DNA of 64,000 nucleotides, from the NCBI GenBank assembly GCA_031082185.1, contig JAVHLI010000011.1, positions 35,735-99,734 of the forward strand, in the 5' to 3' direction. Positions 25,383 through 34,204 of this stretch are shown in pieces. Source of the DNA: a bacterium. Its GTDB lineage: Bacteria; Sysuimicrobiota; Sysuimicrobiia; Sysuimicrobiales; Humicultoraceae. The notes beneath the pieces are model-generated. The model did not search any database. It was not told where the DNA came from and saw only the letters and a program-made list of their open reading frames with translations. Numbering within the stretch: the stretch's first letter is position 1; every line of letters begins with the position of its first letter. The translations under genes were made by a program, and so were the position numbers.

Positions 25383-25733
25383 TCAGACGGTCAAGACCAG
25401 GTCGGCCTCCATCAACATGGCCACGATCTCGTTCATCCCGATAACCTCACCGACCGCGACCTGATCCCGGAGGCCGAAGTAATCCAGGCATGTGCCGCAC
25501 GCGGCCACGCGCACGCCCATCCCCTCAAGGAGCTTGAGGCTCTCGACTACCGACGAACCCTGGCAGACGAGCTTCACGCCCTCGGTGTAGAAGCAGACGG
25601 CTTGGGGTTTGACCGGGCGGGCTTCCAGCGAGTGCAGGAACCGGTCGAGCATCTCAGTGCCGAACTGCGCATCGGCAGGAGCCACGTGCCCCAGCCCAGC
25701 CTGACGCACGAGGACGACGATCCGCCGGTTCAT
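25383..25733 (-). CDS. DsrE-like protein resembling the C-terminal domain of YedF-type selenium/sulfur metabolism proteins (no TusA domain)
   Basis: The pattern IVVLVRQAGLGH...FLHSL...AVCFYTEGVKLVCQGS...LEGMGVRVAACGTCLDYFGL...VGEVIGMNEIV matches my memory of the YedF C-terminal family. Confidence 0.55.
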   Translation of the reverse strand: MNRRIVVLVRQAGLGHVAPADAQFGTEMLDRFLHSLEARPVKPQAVCFYTEGVKLVCQGSSVVESLKLLEGMGVRVAACGTCLDYFGLRDQVAVGEVIGMNEIVAMLMEADLVLTV

Positions 25734-25797
25734 TCACTTCCTCCTGTGGGGATGCGGTTGGTCTTGTGTGGCGGGAGTGCCTTTGGAGGGCTGGCAT

Positions 25798-25873
25798 TGG
25801 CGCGCCCGGAGGGACTTGAACCCACGACCTTTGGCTCCGCAGGCCAACGCTCTATCCACTGAGCTACGGGCGC
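25798..25873 (-). tRNA. tRNA-Arg (anticodon GCG)
   Basis: Hand fold of 76 nt: acceptor GCGCCCG/CGGGCGC, D-arm GCTC-AGTGGATA-GAGC, anticodon stem TTGGC/GCCAA, loop CTGCGGA, T-arm GTGGG-TTCAAGT-CCCTC (one U-U mismatch), G73, encoded CCA. Confidence 0.8.
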
Positions 25874-25993
25874 GCGCGGTATACCGGCCGACCGGGGATG
25901 CCGGCGGCCACCATCCTATTCTATCAAGTTGACCGGCCACCCGCCAGCACCGGCCTTCGCCGTCTGCCGGCGCGCGATTCTGAGAACGCTGGC

Positions 25994-26386
25994 CTACTGC
26001 GCCGCCGTGTCGTCCTGCCAGAGAGCGAACACGTTCATCTCTGGGTCGAACAGAATGGCGAACCAGCCGGCGCCTGGAATCGGCGCCTTGGGCTTGACCA
26101 CCGTCCCGCCCATCTTCAGCGTCTGTGCGACCGTGTCGTCCACCGACTCCACCGCGATGTAGTTCAGCCAGTTGCGGACCTCCGGACCTGGGCGCTTCAT
26201 CAACCCCCCGTTGACCCCTGGAGCGGTCGGGCGGCCATCAGCGTCTGTCGGCACGGTGTTCACACGCCAATACTCGTTCGGACCAGGGGCTCTCTCGAAC
26301 TTCCATCCGAACAGGCCCTCGTAGAAGGCGGCCAGCTTTGGCGGATCGTCACCGTAGATCTCGAAGTAAGCGATGGTCTTGTGCAT
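25994..26386 (-). CDS. VOC-family (glyoxalase/bleomycin-resistance fold) protein
   Basis: N-terminal IAYFEIYGDDPPKLAAFYEGLFGWKF and C-terminal GAGWFAILFDPEMNVFALWQ are typical of the family. Confidence 0.8.
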   Translation of the reverse strand: MHKTIAYFEIYGDDPPKLAAFYEGLFGWKFERAPGPNEYWRVNTVPTDADGRPTAPGVNGGLMKRPGPEVRNWLNYIAVESVDDTVAQTLKMGGTVVKPKAPIPGAGWFAILFDPEMNVFALWQDDTAAQ

Positions 26387-26492
26387 GATGCCTCCTTGTT
26401 CGCGGACTTACCGCCAGGCCGCCAGAAGAGCGCCCATGACGATCAGTGATACGAGCGGATAGCCGGTGTTGATCGCGTACAGATAGAACTAC

Positions 26493-26587
26493 TGGCGGAG
26501 GAGGTGGGATTCGAACCCACGAGGCGGGCTCAACACCCGCCCACCCGCTTAGCAGGCGGGCCGGTTACCTGGCTACCGTACTCCTCC
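26493..26587 (-). tRNA. tRNA-Ser (anticodon GCT)
   Basis: Hand fold of 95 nt: acceptor GGAGGAG/CTCCTCC, anticodon stem CCCGC/GCGGG with loop CTGCTAA, long variable arm GGGCGGG...CCCGCC, T-arm GTGGG-TTCGAAT-CCCAC, G73, encoded CCA. Confidence 0.85.
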
Positions 26588-26653
26588 GGAATGCCACTCT
26601 AATCCCGCCTGACAGTATAGCACTCCTGCGCCATTCCGCGGATCGCAGGAGGG

Positions 26654-28003
26654 TCAGCCGAACCGTTCCAGGATCAGCGCGATGTGCTTGATCCCCTGGA
26701 TATAGTCGGTGAGCCGGATGTTCTCGTTCGGCCCGTGGCTGTTCCCCTTGGCGTGGCCGATGCCCGTGCCCACCGCCGGCATGCCGAACTGCCCGCACAC
26801 GGCGTGCATCGGCCCGGTCGCCGCCATGGTCGGGAGGATGATAGGAGCGTGGCCGTAGACCTCCTCGGCGGCCTCGGCGACCACGTCCACGATCGGCGCG
26901 TCAAACGGTGTCTTGTAGGGGTCTTCGAGCCCGAACGCCCGTACCGTGATGTCTCCGTAGGCCTCGCGGCGCAGGTGCTCGCGCAGTTTGGCCACGATCT
27001 CCTCTGCCCTCTGGTTGGGCACGAGCCGGAAATCAACCTTCGCGCTGGCCCGGCGCGGCAGCACCGTCTTCGAGCCCGGGCCGGAGTAGCCCGCGGTGAG
27101 GCCGCAGATCGTGCAGGTGGGCCGGAACAGGTGATGCTTGACGAGTTCGGCGCCGGTCAGGCCCTTGAGGAACACCCGGAGTCCCAGGTCGCGGCGGATC
27201 GCCTCGTCGTCACGCTGCGCGGCTATGCGCTCCAACTGGGCCATCTCGGCCGGGCTGGGCTCGGCCACGCCGTCGTAGAACCCGGGGATGCGGACCTGCT
27301 CGTCAGGACCCTTTAGAGTGGCCAGCGCCCACACCAGCCGCCAGGCCGGGTTGGGGATGGTCGCGCCCGCCGATGAATGAAGATCCCGGTTCGCGCCCGC
27401 CACCTCCAGCTCGACGTAGCATATGCCCTTGACGCCCAGGTAGATGTTCAGGATGTCACGATGGTCCTTCGCGCCCGACTCCCAGATGCAGGCGTCGGCC
27501 CGTGCCAGATCAGGCCGCTCGCGCAGGGCTTCACCGAGGTGCGGGCTGCCGATCTCTTCCTCTCCTTCGATGAGGAACTTGACGCCGACCGGCAGCCGGC
27601 CGCGCACGCGCAGCCAGGCCTCCACCGCAGCCAGGCGCGCCATGATGTTGCCCTTGGTATCCTGGGCGCCGCGTGCATAGATACGGCCATCGCGGATCTC
27701 CGCTGCGAACGGGTCGGAAGTCCACTCGTCGAGCGGGTCGGGCGGCTGGACGTCGTAGTGGTCGTAGATCAACAGCGTGCGCGGGCCATCTCCGGGGATC
27801 TCGGCCACCACGAGCGGCGGGCCGCCCCGGACCTGCTCCGTCCGCGCAGGGATGCCCTTGGCCTGCATCTGCGCCACAAGCAGCGAGGCGCACTCTTCCA
27901 TGCCCACACCCTGCGCCGAGATGGACGGCTGGCGGCAGAGGCGCTGCAGGTCGTGGATGAACGCCTCGCCGTGCGAGTCAATGTAGCGGAAGAGGTCGTC
28001 CAT
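26654..28003 (-). CDS. M20-family metallopeptidase (dipeptidase/ArgE-DapE-like)
   Basis: 449 aa. LLIYDHYDVQP, ARGAQDTKG and FLIEGEEEIGS match M20 metal-binding and catalytic motifs. Confidence 0.85.
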   Translation of the reverse strand: MDDLFRYIDSHGEAFIHDLQRLCRQPSISAQGVGMEECASLLVAQMQAKGIPARTEQVRGGPPLVVAEIPGDGPRTLLIYDHYDVQPPDPLDEWTSDPFAAEIRDGRIYARGAQDTKGNIMARLAAVEAWLRVRGRLPVGVKFLIEGEEEIGSPHLGEALRERPDLARADACIWESGAKDHRDILNIYLGVKGICYVELEVAGANRDLHSSAGATIPNPAWRLVWALATLKGPDEQVRIPGFYDGVAEPSPAEMAQLERIAAQRDDEAIRRDLGLRVFLKGLTGAELVKHHLFRPTCTICGLTAGYSGPGSKTVLPRRASAKVDFRLVPNQRAEEIVAKLREHLRREAYGDITVRAFGLEDPYKTPFDAPIVDVVAEAAEEVYGHAPIILPTMAATGPMHAVCGQFGMPAVGTGIGHAKGNSHGPNENIRLTDYIQGIKHIALILERFG

Positions 28004-28013
28004 TCGGCGCCCC

Positions 28014-28358
28014 CTACGGCGCCTTGCTCTTCTGCTCGACGAAGTTCAGCCGCAGGTTCGTAATCAGCGCCTCGATCTCGCGGCGCTCGCGCTCCCCCAC
28101 GCGCGGGCGGATGACGTCGGCCAGGGCCGCTGCGGCGTCAATCGCGATCTGCGCGTCGTCGAGCTTCCGCTCTACCTGCTTCGTTGCGGGATCCGGCACG
28201 AGCCCCATGGCCTGCCAGGCCCTCGCGGCCAGCAGGCTGAGGAACGTGCCCACCAGGGTCATGGCATCCGGCAGGGGTTCGGCTTCTGCGCCGGCAGTGG
28301 GCGCCGCGCCTTCCCCCCGTGCTTCCTCTTCCATCGCGTCTTCACTCATCTCGATCAC
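28014..28358 (-). CDS. DUF1844-domain protein
   Basis: An acidic N-terminus followed by FLSLLAARAWQAMGLVPDP...LDDAQIAIDAAAAL...LITNLRLNFVEQ, the pattern typical of DUF1844. Confidence 0.6.
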   Translation of the reverse strand: MIEMSEDAMEEEARGEGAAPTAGAEAEPLPDAMTLVGTFLSLLAARAWQAMGLVPDPATKQVERKLDDAQIAIDAAAALADVIRPRVGERERREIEALITNLRLNFVEQKSKAP

Positions 28359-28490
28359 CTGTCAGGCGGACCGGATATGCTCGGAGAGTGCCCTATATTG
28401 CCGCCTTCTCCCTATCGCAGGGGCATTCCTTTCTACCCCGTCTGCCGCAGGACTGCTTGACCGACAGGGCTGCGATGGCCTAGGGTAAGA

Positions 28491-28508
28491 TGTACATAAA
28501 GTGGTACA
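28491..28508. promoter_or_regulatory. Candidate antitoxin operator: TGTACA and GGTACA cores 12 bp apart centre to centre
   Basis: aTGTACAt (palindrome, core 28491-28496) and gGTACAt (core 28503-28508) sit between a candidate promoter (TTGACC 28457-28462, 18-nt spacer, TAGGGT 28481-28486) and the GTG start at 28521. Confidence 0.45.
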
Positions 28509-28520
28509 TGAGGTGAGGTC

Positions 28521-28778
28521 GTGAAGAGCCTGACGGCGACTGAGGCGCGCAAGAGGTTGTTTGCCCTGTTGAAGGGTTCAGTCCGCGGGCACCGGCAGTT
28601 CCGGATCACGCACAGGGAAGGTGACGCCGTCCTGCTCTCGCACGAGGACTACGAGTCCCTCCTCGAGACGCTCGAACTCCTTTCCACGCCCGGCTTCTTG
28701 CGGAGCGTCCGCCAGGCACGTCGCGAGATCGCCAGGGGAGAGACCTACACTCTTGAGGAAGTGCTGGGCGCGCGATGA
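28521..28778 (+). CDS. Type II antitoxin, Phd/YefM family
   Basis: GTG start with GAGGTGAGG upstream. LTATEARKRLFALL...AVLLSHEDYESLLETLELLSTPGF is the classic Phd/YefM pattern. Confidence 0.85.
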   Translation: MKSLTATEARKRLFALLKGSVRGHRQFRITHREGDAVLLSHEDYESLLETLELLSTPGFLRSVRQARREIARGETYTLEEVLGAR

Positions 28779-29035
28779 GCGCCCGGTGGGAGATGCGATT
28801 CCCCGGGCAGGCCGTGAGGGATGTGGAGCGACTCTCTCCGAGACTTAGGACGAAGCTTCGGGACATCCTCCTTGAAGTGCTTGCCCAGAACCCGTACGAA
28901 GGCAAGAAGCTGTTCGGCGACCTGGCCGGCAGCTTCTCATACCGGCTGACCTACAGAGATCGCATCGTCTACAGCCTGGACGAGGATCGCCGGATCCTCT
29001 ATGTGGAGCGGGCTCGGACGCACTACGGCGACTGA
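28775..29035 (+). CDS. Type II toxin, RelE/ParE superfamily
   Basis: ATGA overlap with the antitoxin gene. 86 aa; ...KKLFGDLAGSFSYRLTYRDRIVYSLDEDRRILYVERARTHYGD fits the RelE/ParE fold pattern. Confidence 0.8.
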   Translation: MSARWEMRFPGQAVRDVERLSPRLRTKLRDILLEVLAQNPYEGKKLFGDLAGSFSYRLTYRDRIVYSLDEDRRILYVERARTHYGD

Positions 29036-30010
29036 TTACCCTTCGACCGCCTGGCGCACCGCCCGCACGTTCTCCTCGGGCGCATCTATGGGGATCACAC
29101 ATCCCGCGGTGACGACGAACCGCTTGCCCTGGGTCTGAGCGATTGCGTCCCGGACCTCCGCGGCCACCTGCTCGGGCGTAGCCTTTCCGATCGTGTCCAT
29201 GGAGTCCACGCCGCCTGCGATCGTGCCCGAGAACTGCTCGCGCGCCTCCTTGAGCGTCGGTGAGGTGCGCCGATCGTGCCAGTTGACCATCTGGACAGGG
29301 TAGTCCATGAGCTGCTCGAACATGATTCGCTCGCCGTGGATGTGCAGCAGTACAATCTCGGCCTTCCGTGCCGCGTCGAGCACGCGCAGGTCGTAGGGCC
29401 GTCCAAACTCCTCGTACTCCTCAATGGCCATGTAGCCGGTGGAGGCACACTGGGTGGCCAGGAAGAGGCCGTCGGCTCCCGACGCGACGCACTCGGCCGC
29501 GAACTGGCCGGTGGCCTCGGTGATGATGTCGAGTCCCTCGTGCGTCTCGTCCACCGAGTCCCGCAAGTACCGGAGCAGCGCGGTCTCGCCGGCCAGGCCG
29601 CGGGCGATCGAGAGCGGGCTGAAGACCGTGGCCAGGATGATCGCGTCCGGCAGCGCCTTCCGGAGCAATCGGATTGCCTTCAACTCGCGCCCGTGGGCCC
29701 CGGTGCTGATGTCCAGCCGCTTGAGCTTGGGCCAGTCGGTCTCCTTCTTGATCGGCCGCTCGGTGTAGTGCCGGACGCCCTCCCGGTTGGGCCTGTAGGT
29801 CGAGCGCAGGCCCCAGTCGTCACCGTAGAAGGCGCTGGCCGGCGTGACCTTCAGGAAATCCCAGTCGAAGGTTTTGTAGAACGCCGCGTGGGCTTGGGCT
29901 AGCGTCTCGGCCCGCTGGTCCTCTTGCGGGAAGTGCCGCCACAGCGCGACCGGCGGGCGGTCCACCGGATTGCCGTCAACTGAGGCATAGATCCGTTCGT
30001 GCTTCGTCAC
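29036..30010 (-). CDS. Uroporphyrinogen decarboxylase (URO-D)-family protein (MtaA/CmuA-like fold; function unknown)
   Basis: 324 aa. N-terminal GNPVDRPPVALWRHFP and overall TIM-barrel-like length. The assignment is pattern-based only. Confidence 0.55.
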   Translation of the reverse strand: MTKHERIYASVDGNPVDRPPVALWRHFPQEDQRAETLAQAHAAFYKTFDWDFLKVTPASAFYGDDWGLRSTYRPNREGVRHYTERPIKKETDWPKLKRLDISTGAHGRELKAIRLLRKALPDAIILATVFSPLSIARGLAGETALLRYLRDSVDETHEGLDIITEATGQFAAECVASGADGLFLATQCASTGYMAIEEYEEFGRPYDLRVLDAARKAEIVLLHIHGERIMFEQLMDYPVQMVNWHDRRTSPTLKEAREQFSGTIAGGVDSMDTIGKATPEQVAAEVRDAIAQTQGKRFVVTAGCVIPIDAPEENVRAVRQAVEG

Positions 30011-31023
30011 CTCTCACCGCTCCCTTCGTCCTTGGCCTGGGTGCGACCGGTCCCTTGTTGAGACAGGATCGCGCGTAGCGCTTCCAGGGTTATGTTCCCA
30101 CCGCTCAGAATCAATCCGACCTTGCGACCGGCGATGCGCTCCCCCAGGCGTCGTGCCGCGGCCACCGGAGCCGCGCCGGCGTGCTCGGCGACCTGGCGGG
30201 TTGTATCCAGTAGGATTCGGATTCCGTCCTCCATCTCCTCGTCGCTGACCAGGACCATCTCGTCGAGCCCATCCCACAACATGGCCAGGGTGAGGGAGAA
30301 CGGGGAGCGGGTGGCCAGCCCCTCGGCCCTGGTGGTCATCGTGTCCGTGCTGACGATCCGTCGCTCCCGCCACGAGCGCGTCACGGCAGGAGCGCCCTCG
30401 GCCTGCACGCCGACTAACTTGATCCCCGGGCTGACCGCCTTGGCCGCGATGGAGTGTCCGCTGGCTCCTGAACCGCCACCGACCGGCACGATGACAACTT
30501 CCAGGTCGGGCACCTCCTCGATCAGCTCGAGACTTGCCGTTCCGACCCCAGCGATGAGCAGTGGCTCGTTGCCCGAGTGCACGTACCGGTACCCCTCGAC
30601 CGCTGCCGTTCGCTCCACCCACTCACGGGCCTCGTCGAAGTCGCGGCCCACCTCGATGACCTCGGCGCCGAACTCGCGCATCGCCGCCACCTTGTCGGGG
30701 TTCGCCCGTTCCGGCACCCCAATGATCGCTCGGACCCCGAAGATCTGCGCCGCCAGCGCGACGGACTGTCCGTGGTTTCCCGTGGAAGCCGCGATGACGC
30801 CGCGCCGCCGCTCGTCCGCGGTCAGCCGCGAGACCAGGTTGATGCCGCCGCGGATCTTGAACGCCCGGGTGGGGTTGGCGTTCTCGCACTTCACGAATGT
30901 GCGGCAGCCCAGGAGGCGGTCCAGCGCAGGCGAGGTAACCACCGGCGTAGGGCGCAGGAACGCGGCGATCGCACGCCTGGCGGCAAGCACATCCGCGAAT
31001 CCAGGGCGCCCGTCTCGTGCCAT
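30007..31023 (-). CDS. PLP-dependent threonine/serine dehydratase (threonine ammonia-lyase family)
   Basis: PLP-lysine motif CENANPTRAFKIRGG, glycine loop VPVGGGSGASG, and ASTGNHGQSVA. Confidence 0.85.
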   Translation of the reverse strand: MARDGRPGFADVLAARRAIAAFLRPTPVVTSPALDRLLGCRTFVKCENANPTRAFKIRGGINLVSRLTADERRRGVIAASTGNHGQSVALAAQIFGVRAIIGVPERANPDKVAAMREFGAEVIEVGRDFDEAREWVERTAAVEGYRYVHSGNEPLLIAGVGTASLELIEEVPDLEVVIVPVGGGSGASGHSIAAKAVSPGIKLVGVQAEGAPAVTRSWRERRIVSTDTMTTRAEGLATRSPFSLTLAMLWDGLDEMVLVSDEEMEDGIRILLDTTRQVAEHAGAAPVAAARRLGERIAGRKVGLILSGGNITLEALRAILSQQGTGRTQAKDEGSGER

Positions 31024-31030
31024 GAACCGC

Positions 31031-31618
31031 CTATCTCCTCACCGGGAAGTCCTCGACCAGGTAGAATCGTCCTTCCAGGTAGTCCACTATTGCCAGGCCT
31101 AGGTCGGGGAGGCCGTCCACCTGGTCGCGCATCACCGCGGTTTGGGCGATGTGCGCCCGGAAAGCCAGCAGGATGATGGGATGGCTGACCACCAGGGTGG
31201 TGCGGCCGTACCCAAGGTCGCCTATCGTGCGCAGCTCAGCGGTGATGCGCTGGGTGCCGTCGGCGAGGGACTCGCCATCCATCGAGGTCCGGTAGCTCTC
31301 GAAGAGCCGGTCCGCCCAGTCCGCCCATGCCTGGGCGTCGGTGAGCGGGGCCGCGGTCATGATCTCGTTCAACCCTTCGCGCCAGGCGACCGGTATACCC
31401 CGGGCCTGGCTGATGATCTCCGCCGTTTCCCGTGCGGCACTCTGAGGGCTGGCCGTGATTGCGTTGAAGTGCGGAAGGGTGGCCGCCATGATCTCCACGT
31501 CGCGCAGGCCCTCTGCCGCCAGCGGTGGCTCGCCCTCTGCCGCCCGCGTCCAGTCCACGGCACCGTGCCTGAGCAGCAGCAGGCGCGTCCTCACAGGTTC
31601 CAGGGTCAGGGGTTCCAC
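31031..31618 (-). CDS. Histidine phosphatase family protein (phosphoglycerate-mutase-like)
   Basis: ORF trimmed to GTG 31618, 5 nt after the upstream stop. RHG motif LLLLRHGAVDW and a later VVSHPII (His) motif. Confidence 0.75.
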   Translation of the reverse strand: MEPLTLEPVRTRLLLLRHGAVDWTRAAEGEPPLAAEGLRDVEIMAATLPHFNAITASPQSAARETAEIISQARGIPVAWREGLNEIMTAAPLTDAQAWADWADRLFESYRTSMDGESLADGTQRITAELRTIGDLGYGRTTLVVSHPIILLAFRAHIAQTAVMRDQVDGLPDLGLAIVDYLEGRFYLVEDFPVRR

Positions 31619-31623
31619 GGCGG

Positions 31624-32784
31624 TCAGCTGCGGGTTGTAAGCTCCTCGAGATGGCGGGGGTGGAGGGTGAGGACCTCGCACCCTTCGCCTGTGACCACGA
31701 CCGTATCGGAGTGGCGGAATACGTCCCCGCCCTCGACGCATATCTCCGGCCCAACCGAAATCGCCATGCCCGGGACGAGGATGGTATCATCGCCTTCTGC
31801 CAGGGATGGAAGCTCATGGCGCTCTATTCCCAGTCCGTGCCCGGTCATGTGGGTGTACCGCGGTCCATACCCGGCTTCTACGACGACCGCCTTGGCCGCC
31901 CGGTCCACCTCCAGGCAGGGCACTCCGGGCAGTATCGCTGCGCGGGCCGCGGAGGCGGCACGCAGCATGACATCGTACAGGCGGCGCTGATCGTCGGAGG
32001 CGGTCTCGATCAGAACCGTCCGTTCCGCCTCGGCATGATACCCGTCCACCGCGCAGACCGTGGAGCAGACCAAGGCGTCGCCCGCGGCCAACGCGCGGCC
32101 CGCATCCGTCGCGTACGGCCGCGCAGCATCTCGTCCGAATGTAACGCGCGATGCCGCGTCCACATGACGCTCTGGGTGCCGCGCGGCGCCTGCGCGCATC
32201 ATCGCGGCGGCGGCCTCGGCGCCGATCTCCGGCCTGGTGCTTCCGGGGCGGCAGGCCGCGATGCCCGCGGCAATCCCGTGATCCGCCAATTCGGCGGCGG
32301 CGCGGATGAGCTCCAGCTCACCCGCGTCCTTCACCATTCGCATCTCTTCGACGATCCCGCGAGTAGGCACGACTTGGGCCGGGATGCGACTGCGCAGCGT
32401 GAAGAACCCCTCTGCCGAGAGCCCTTCCGCCTCGAACCCGATCGGCCCCAACACACCGGACTCATTCCCCAACACGCCAGACTCATTGAGCGCCTCGAGG
32501 GCGACGGCAAGTGCCAGGTGCAGGTGCGTGAAGCCTCTCTGCCTGCCGTACTGCCGGTCGGAGTAGGTGAGGATATCCCCGATCACCGAGGTGCTGCGGG
32601 CGCGCGCCTCCTCGAGTTCCGGGACGACAAGCACCGGGGTCTCGCTGACCACAACCACGACCGGCAAGGTGCAGATCTCTGCCCGGAACCGGCTCAGGTA
32701 GTAGGCGTTGGCCGGCGTGGTGACCAGCAGGGCTGCAAGGCCGTGGTCGCGTATCCGGGTCGTGGCCGATTCCAGCCGGTTCAT
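31624..32784 (-). CDS. M24-family metallopeptidase (Xaa-Pro aminopeptidase/creatinase fold)
   Basis: ORF trimmed to ATG 32784. A creatinase-like N-domain plus a pita-bread domain (VDGYHAEAERT, HMTGHGLGIERHE, SVGPEICVEG). Confidence 0.85.
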   Translation of the reverse strand: MNRLESATTRIRDHGLAALLVTTPANAYYLSRFRAEICTLPVVVVVSETPVLVVPELEEARARSTSVIGDILTYSDRQYGRQRGFTHLHLALAVALEALNESGVLGNESGVLGPIGFEAEGLSAEGFFTLRSRIPAQVVPTRGIVEEMRMVKDAGELELIRAAAELADHGIAAGIAACRPGSTRPEIGAEAAAAMMRAGAARHPERHVDAASRVTFGRDAARPYATDAGRALAAGDALVCSTVCAVDGYHAEAERTVLIETASDDQRRLYDVMLRAASAARAAILPGVPCLEVDRAAKAVVVEAGYGPRYTHMTGHGLGIERHELPSLAEGDDTILVPGMAISVGPEICVEGGDVFRHSDTVVVTGEGCEVLTLHPRHLEELTTRS

Positions 32785-32803
32785 TGAGGACGATCTGCTT
32801 CCA

Positions 32804-33280
32804 TCAGCGCAGCTCGCGCTTGAAGTGGTACATGTATTGGGCAAATCCCAGACGCGTCCAGAAGGCCACCGCTTCCTCGTTCAGAACGGCCACTGTCAGT
32901 TCCACGGTTGGGGCGTCACATTCCTGCATCCACGCCAGCAGCGTTTCAACCAGGCTACGACCGACCCCCCGCCGCCGGTACGGCTCGCGGACGACCACAT
33001 CGTGAAGGTAGCCGCGCCGCCGCCGCTCGAAGAACGCGGGCAGCATCGAGATCCGTCCGACACCGTAGCCGATAACCCGTCCGCCCTCCACGGCCACGAC
33101 GGCACGGGCATCCTCCCGGCCCAGCAGGTCCCGGATGAAGCGCTGGTACTCCTCCTGCCAATGCCGGGACGGCCGGAAGGCTTCGTCGAGCCGGGTATGG
33201 TGCGCCGCCAGTTCGCCCCAAATGGAGACGATCTCGCCCACGTCGCGTGCGGTTGCCTGCCTGACCTGGGTCTGCGTCAT
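32804..33280 (-). CDS. GNAT-family N-acetyltransferase
   Basis: ORF trimmed to ATG 33280. VRQATARDVGEI... and the acetyl-CoA motif VVVREPYRRRGVGRSLV. Confidence 0.8.
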   Translation of the reverse strand: MTQTQVRQATARDVGEIVSIWGELAAHHTRLDEAFRPSRHWQEEYQRFIRDLLGREDARAVVAVEGGRVIGYGVGRISMLPAFFERRRRGYLHDVVVREPYRRRGVGRSLVETLLAWMQECDAPTVELTVAVLNEEAVAFWTRLGFAQYMYHFKRELR

Positions 33281-33370
33281 TGCCTCGATGGTTCGGCTGG
33301 AGTGCCCTGACTCCTCTGGGGGCATGCTATTGTTGAGAGACCACGCGATCGAAGGTGGACGAGGAGCGGC

Positions 33371-34204
33371 ATGAGCACAACTTCCCGATTGGGTCTTTCC
33401 GACACGGCCGCGTTTGCCCTGGAGACTGCGCGCGAGGCCGCGGCGCTGGTGATGAGCATCCTGCCCGAGTCCTCTTCTGAGAAGCAGGTCCGCCTCAAGA
33501 CCGCCACCGACCTGGTCACGCGGGCCGATCACGAAGCCGAGCGGTTGATCGCGACGCGCATCCGCGCGCGGTTTCCAGACCACGGGCTACTGGGCGAGGA
33601 AGGCACCTCGAACGACGGAGCAGGTCCCTGCTGGGTGGTGGACCCAGTGGACGGGACCGCCAATTTTGCGCACGGCATTCCCTGGTTCGCGGTCTCGATC
33701 GCGCTGGAGGACCGCGGGTTGGTACAGTGCGGCGTGATCGCGGTTCCGCCACTCGACGAGTACTTCGTGACAGAGCGCGGCCGAGGCGCCTATCTGCTGG
33801 GCGCCGGCGCCGAGCCCGTCAGGTTGGCGGTCTCCGAAACGGCGGACCTGGGAGCGGCGCTGGTAGCAACCGGACTCCCGCGCGAGCCCGATCGGAGTTG
33901 GCACTTGCCGACCATCGGTTCACTCATCCTGCGCTCTCTGGAGGTACGGATTATGGGCGCGGCGGCGATCCACCTGGCGTACCTGGCGGCAGGTCGCCTC
34001 GACGCCTTCTGGGAGCCCGGGCTCCAGCCGTGGGATGTCGCCGCCGGAGTTCTAATGGTCGAGGAGGCCGGCGGTAGGATCAGCGACTGGTCAGGGCGGC
34101 CGCTGGTTTCGTTGAAGACCGAGATGCTGGCGTCCAACGGCGCACTACATCCTGCCATGGTGCAGATGCTCGCAGGATACTCGCGCGCGCATTCCCCCGG
34201 TTAG
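33371..34204 (+). CDS. suhB: Inositol monophosphatase family protein (SuhB-like)
   Basis: Motifs LLGEEG, WVVDPVDGTANF and QPWDVAAG. Confidence 0.85.
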   Translation: MSTTSRLGLSDTAAFALETAREAAALVMSILPESSSEKQVRLKTATDLVTRADHEAERLIATRIRARFPDHGLLGEEGTSNDGAGPCWVVDPVDGTANFAHGIPWFAVSIALEDRGLVQCGVIAVPPLDEYFVTERGRGAYLLGAGAEPVRLAVSETADLGAALVATGLPREPDRSWHLPTIGSLILRSLEVRIMGAAAIHLAYLAAGRLDAFWEPGLQPWDVAAGVLMVEEAGGRISDWSGRPLVSLKTEMLASNGALHPAMVQMLAGYSRAHSPG

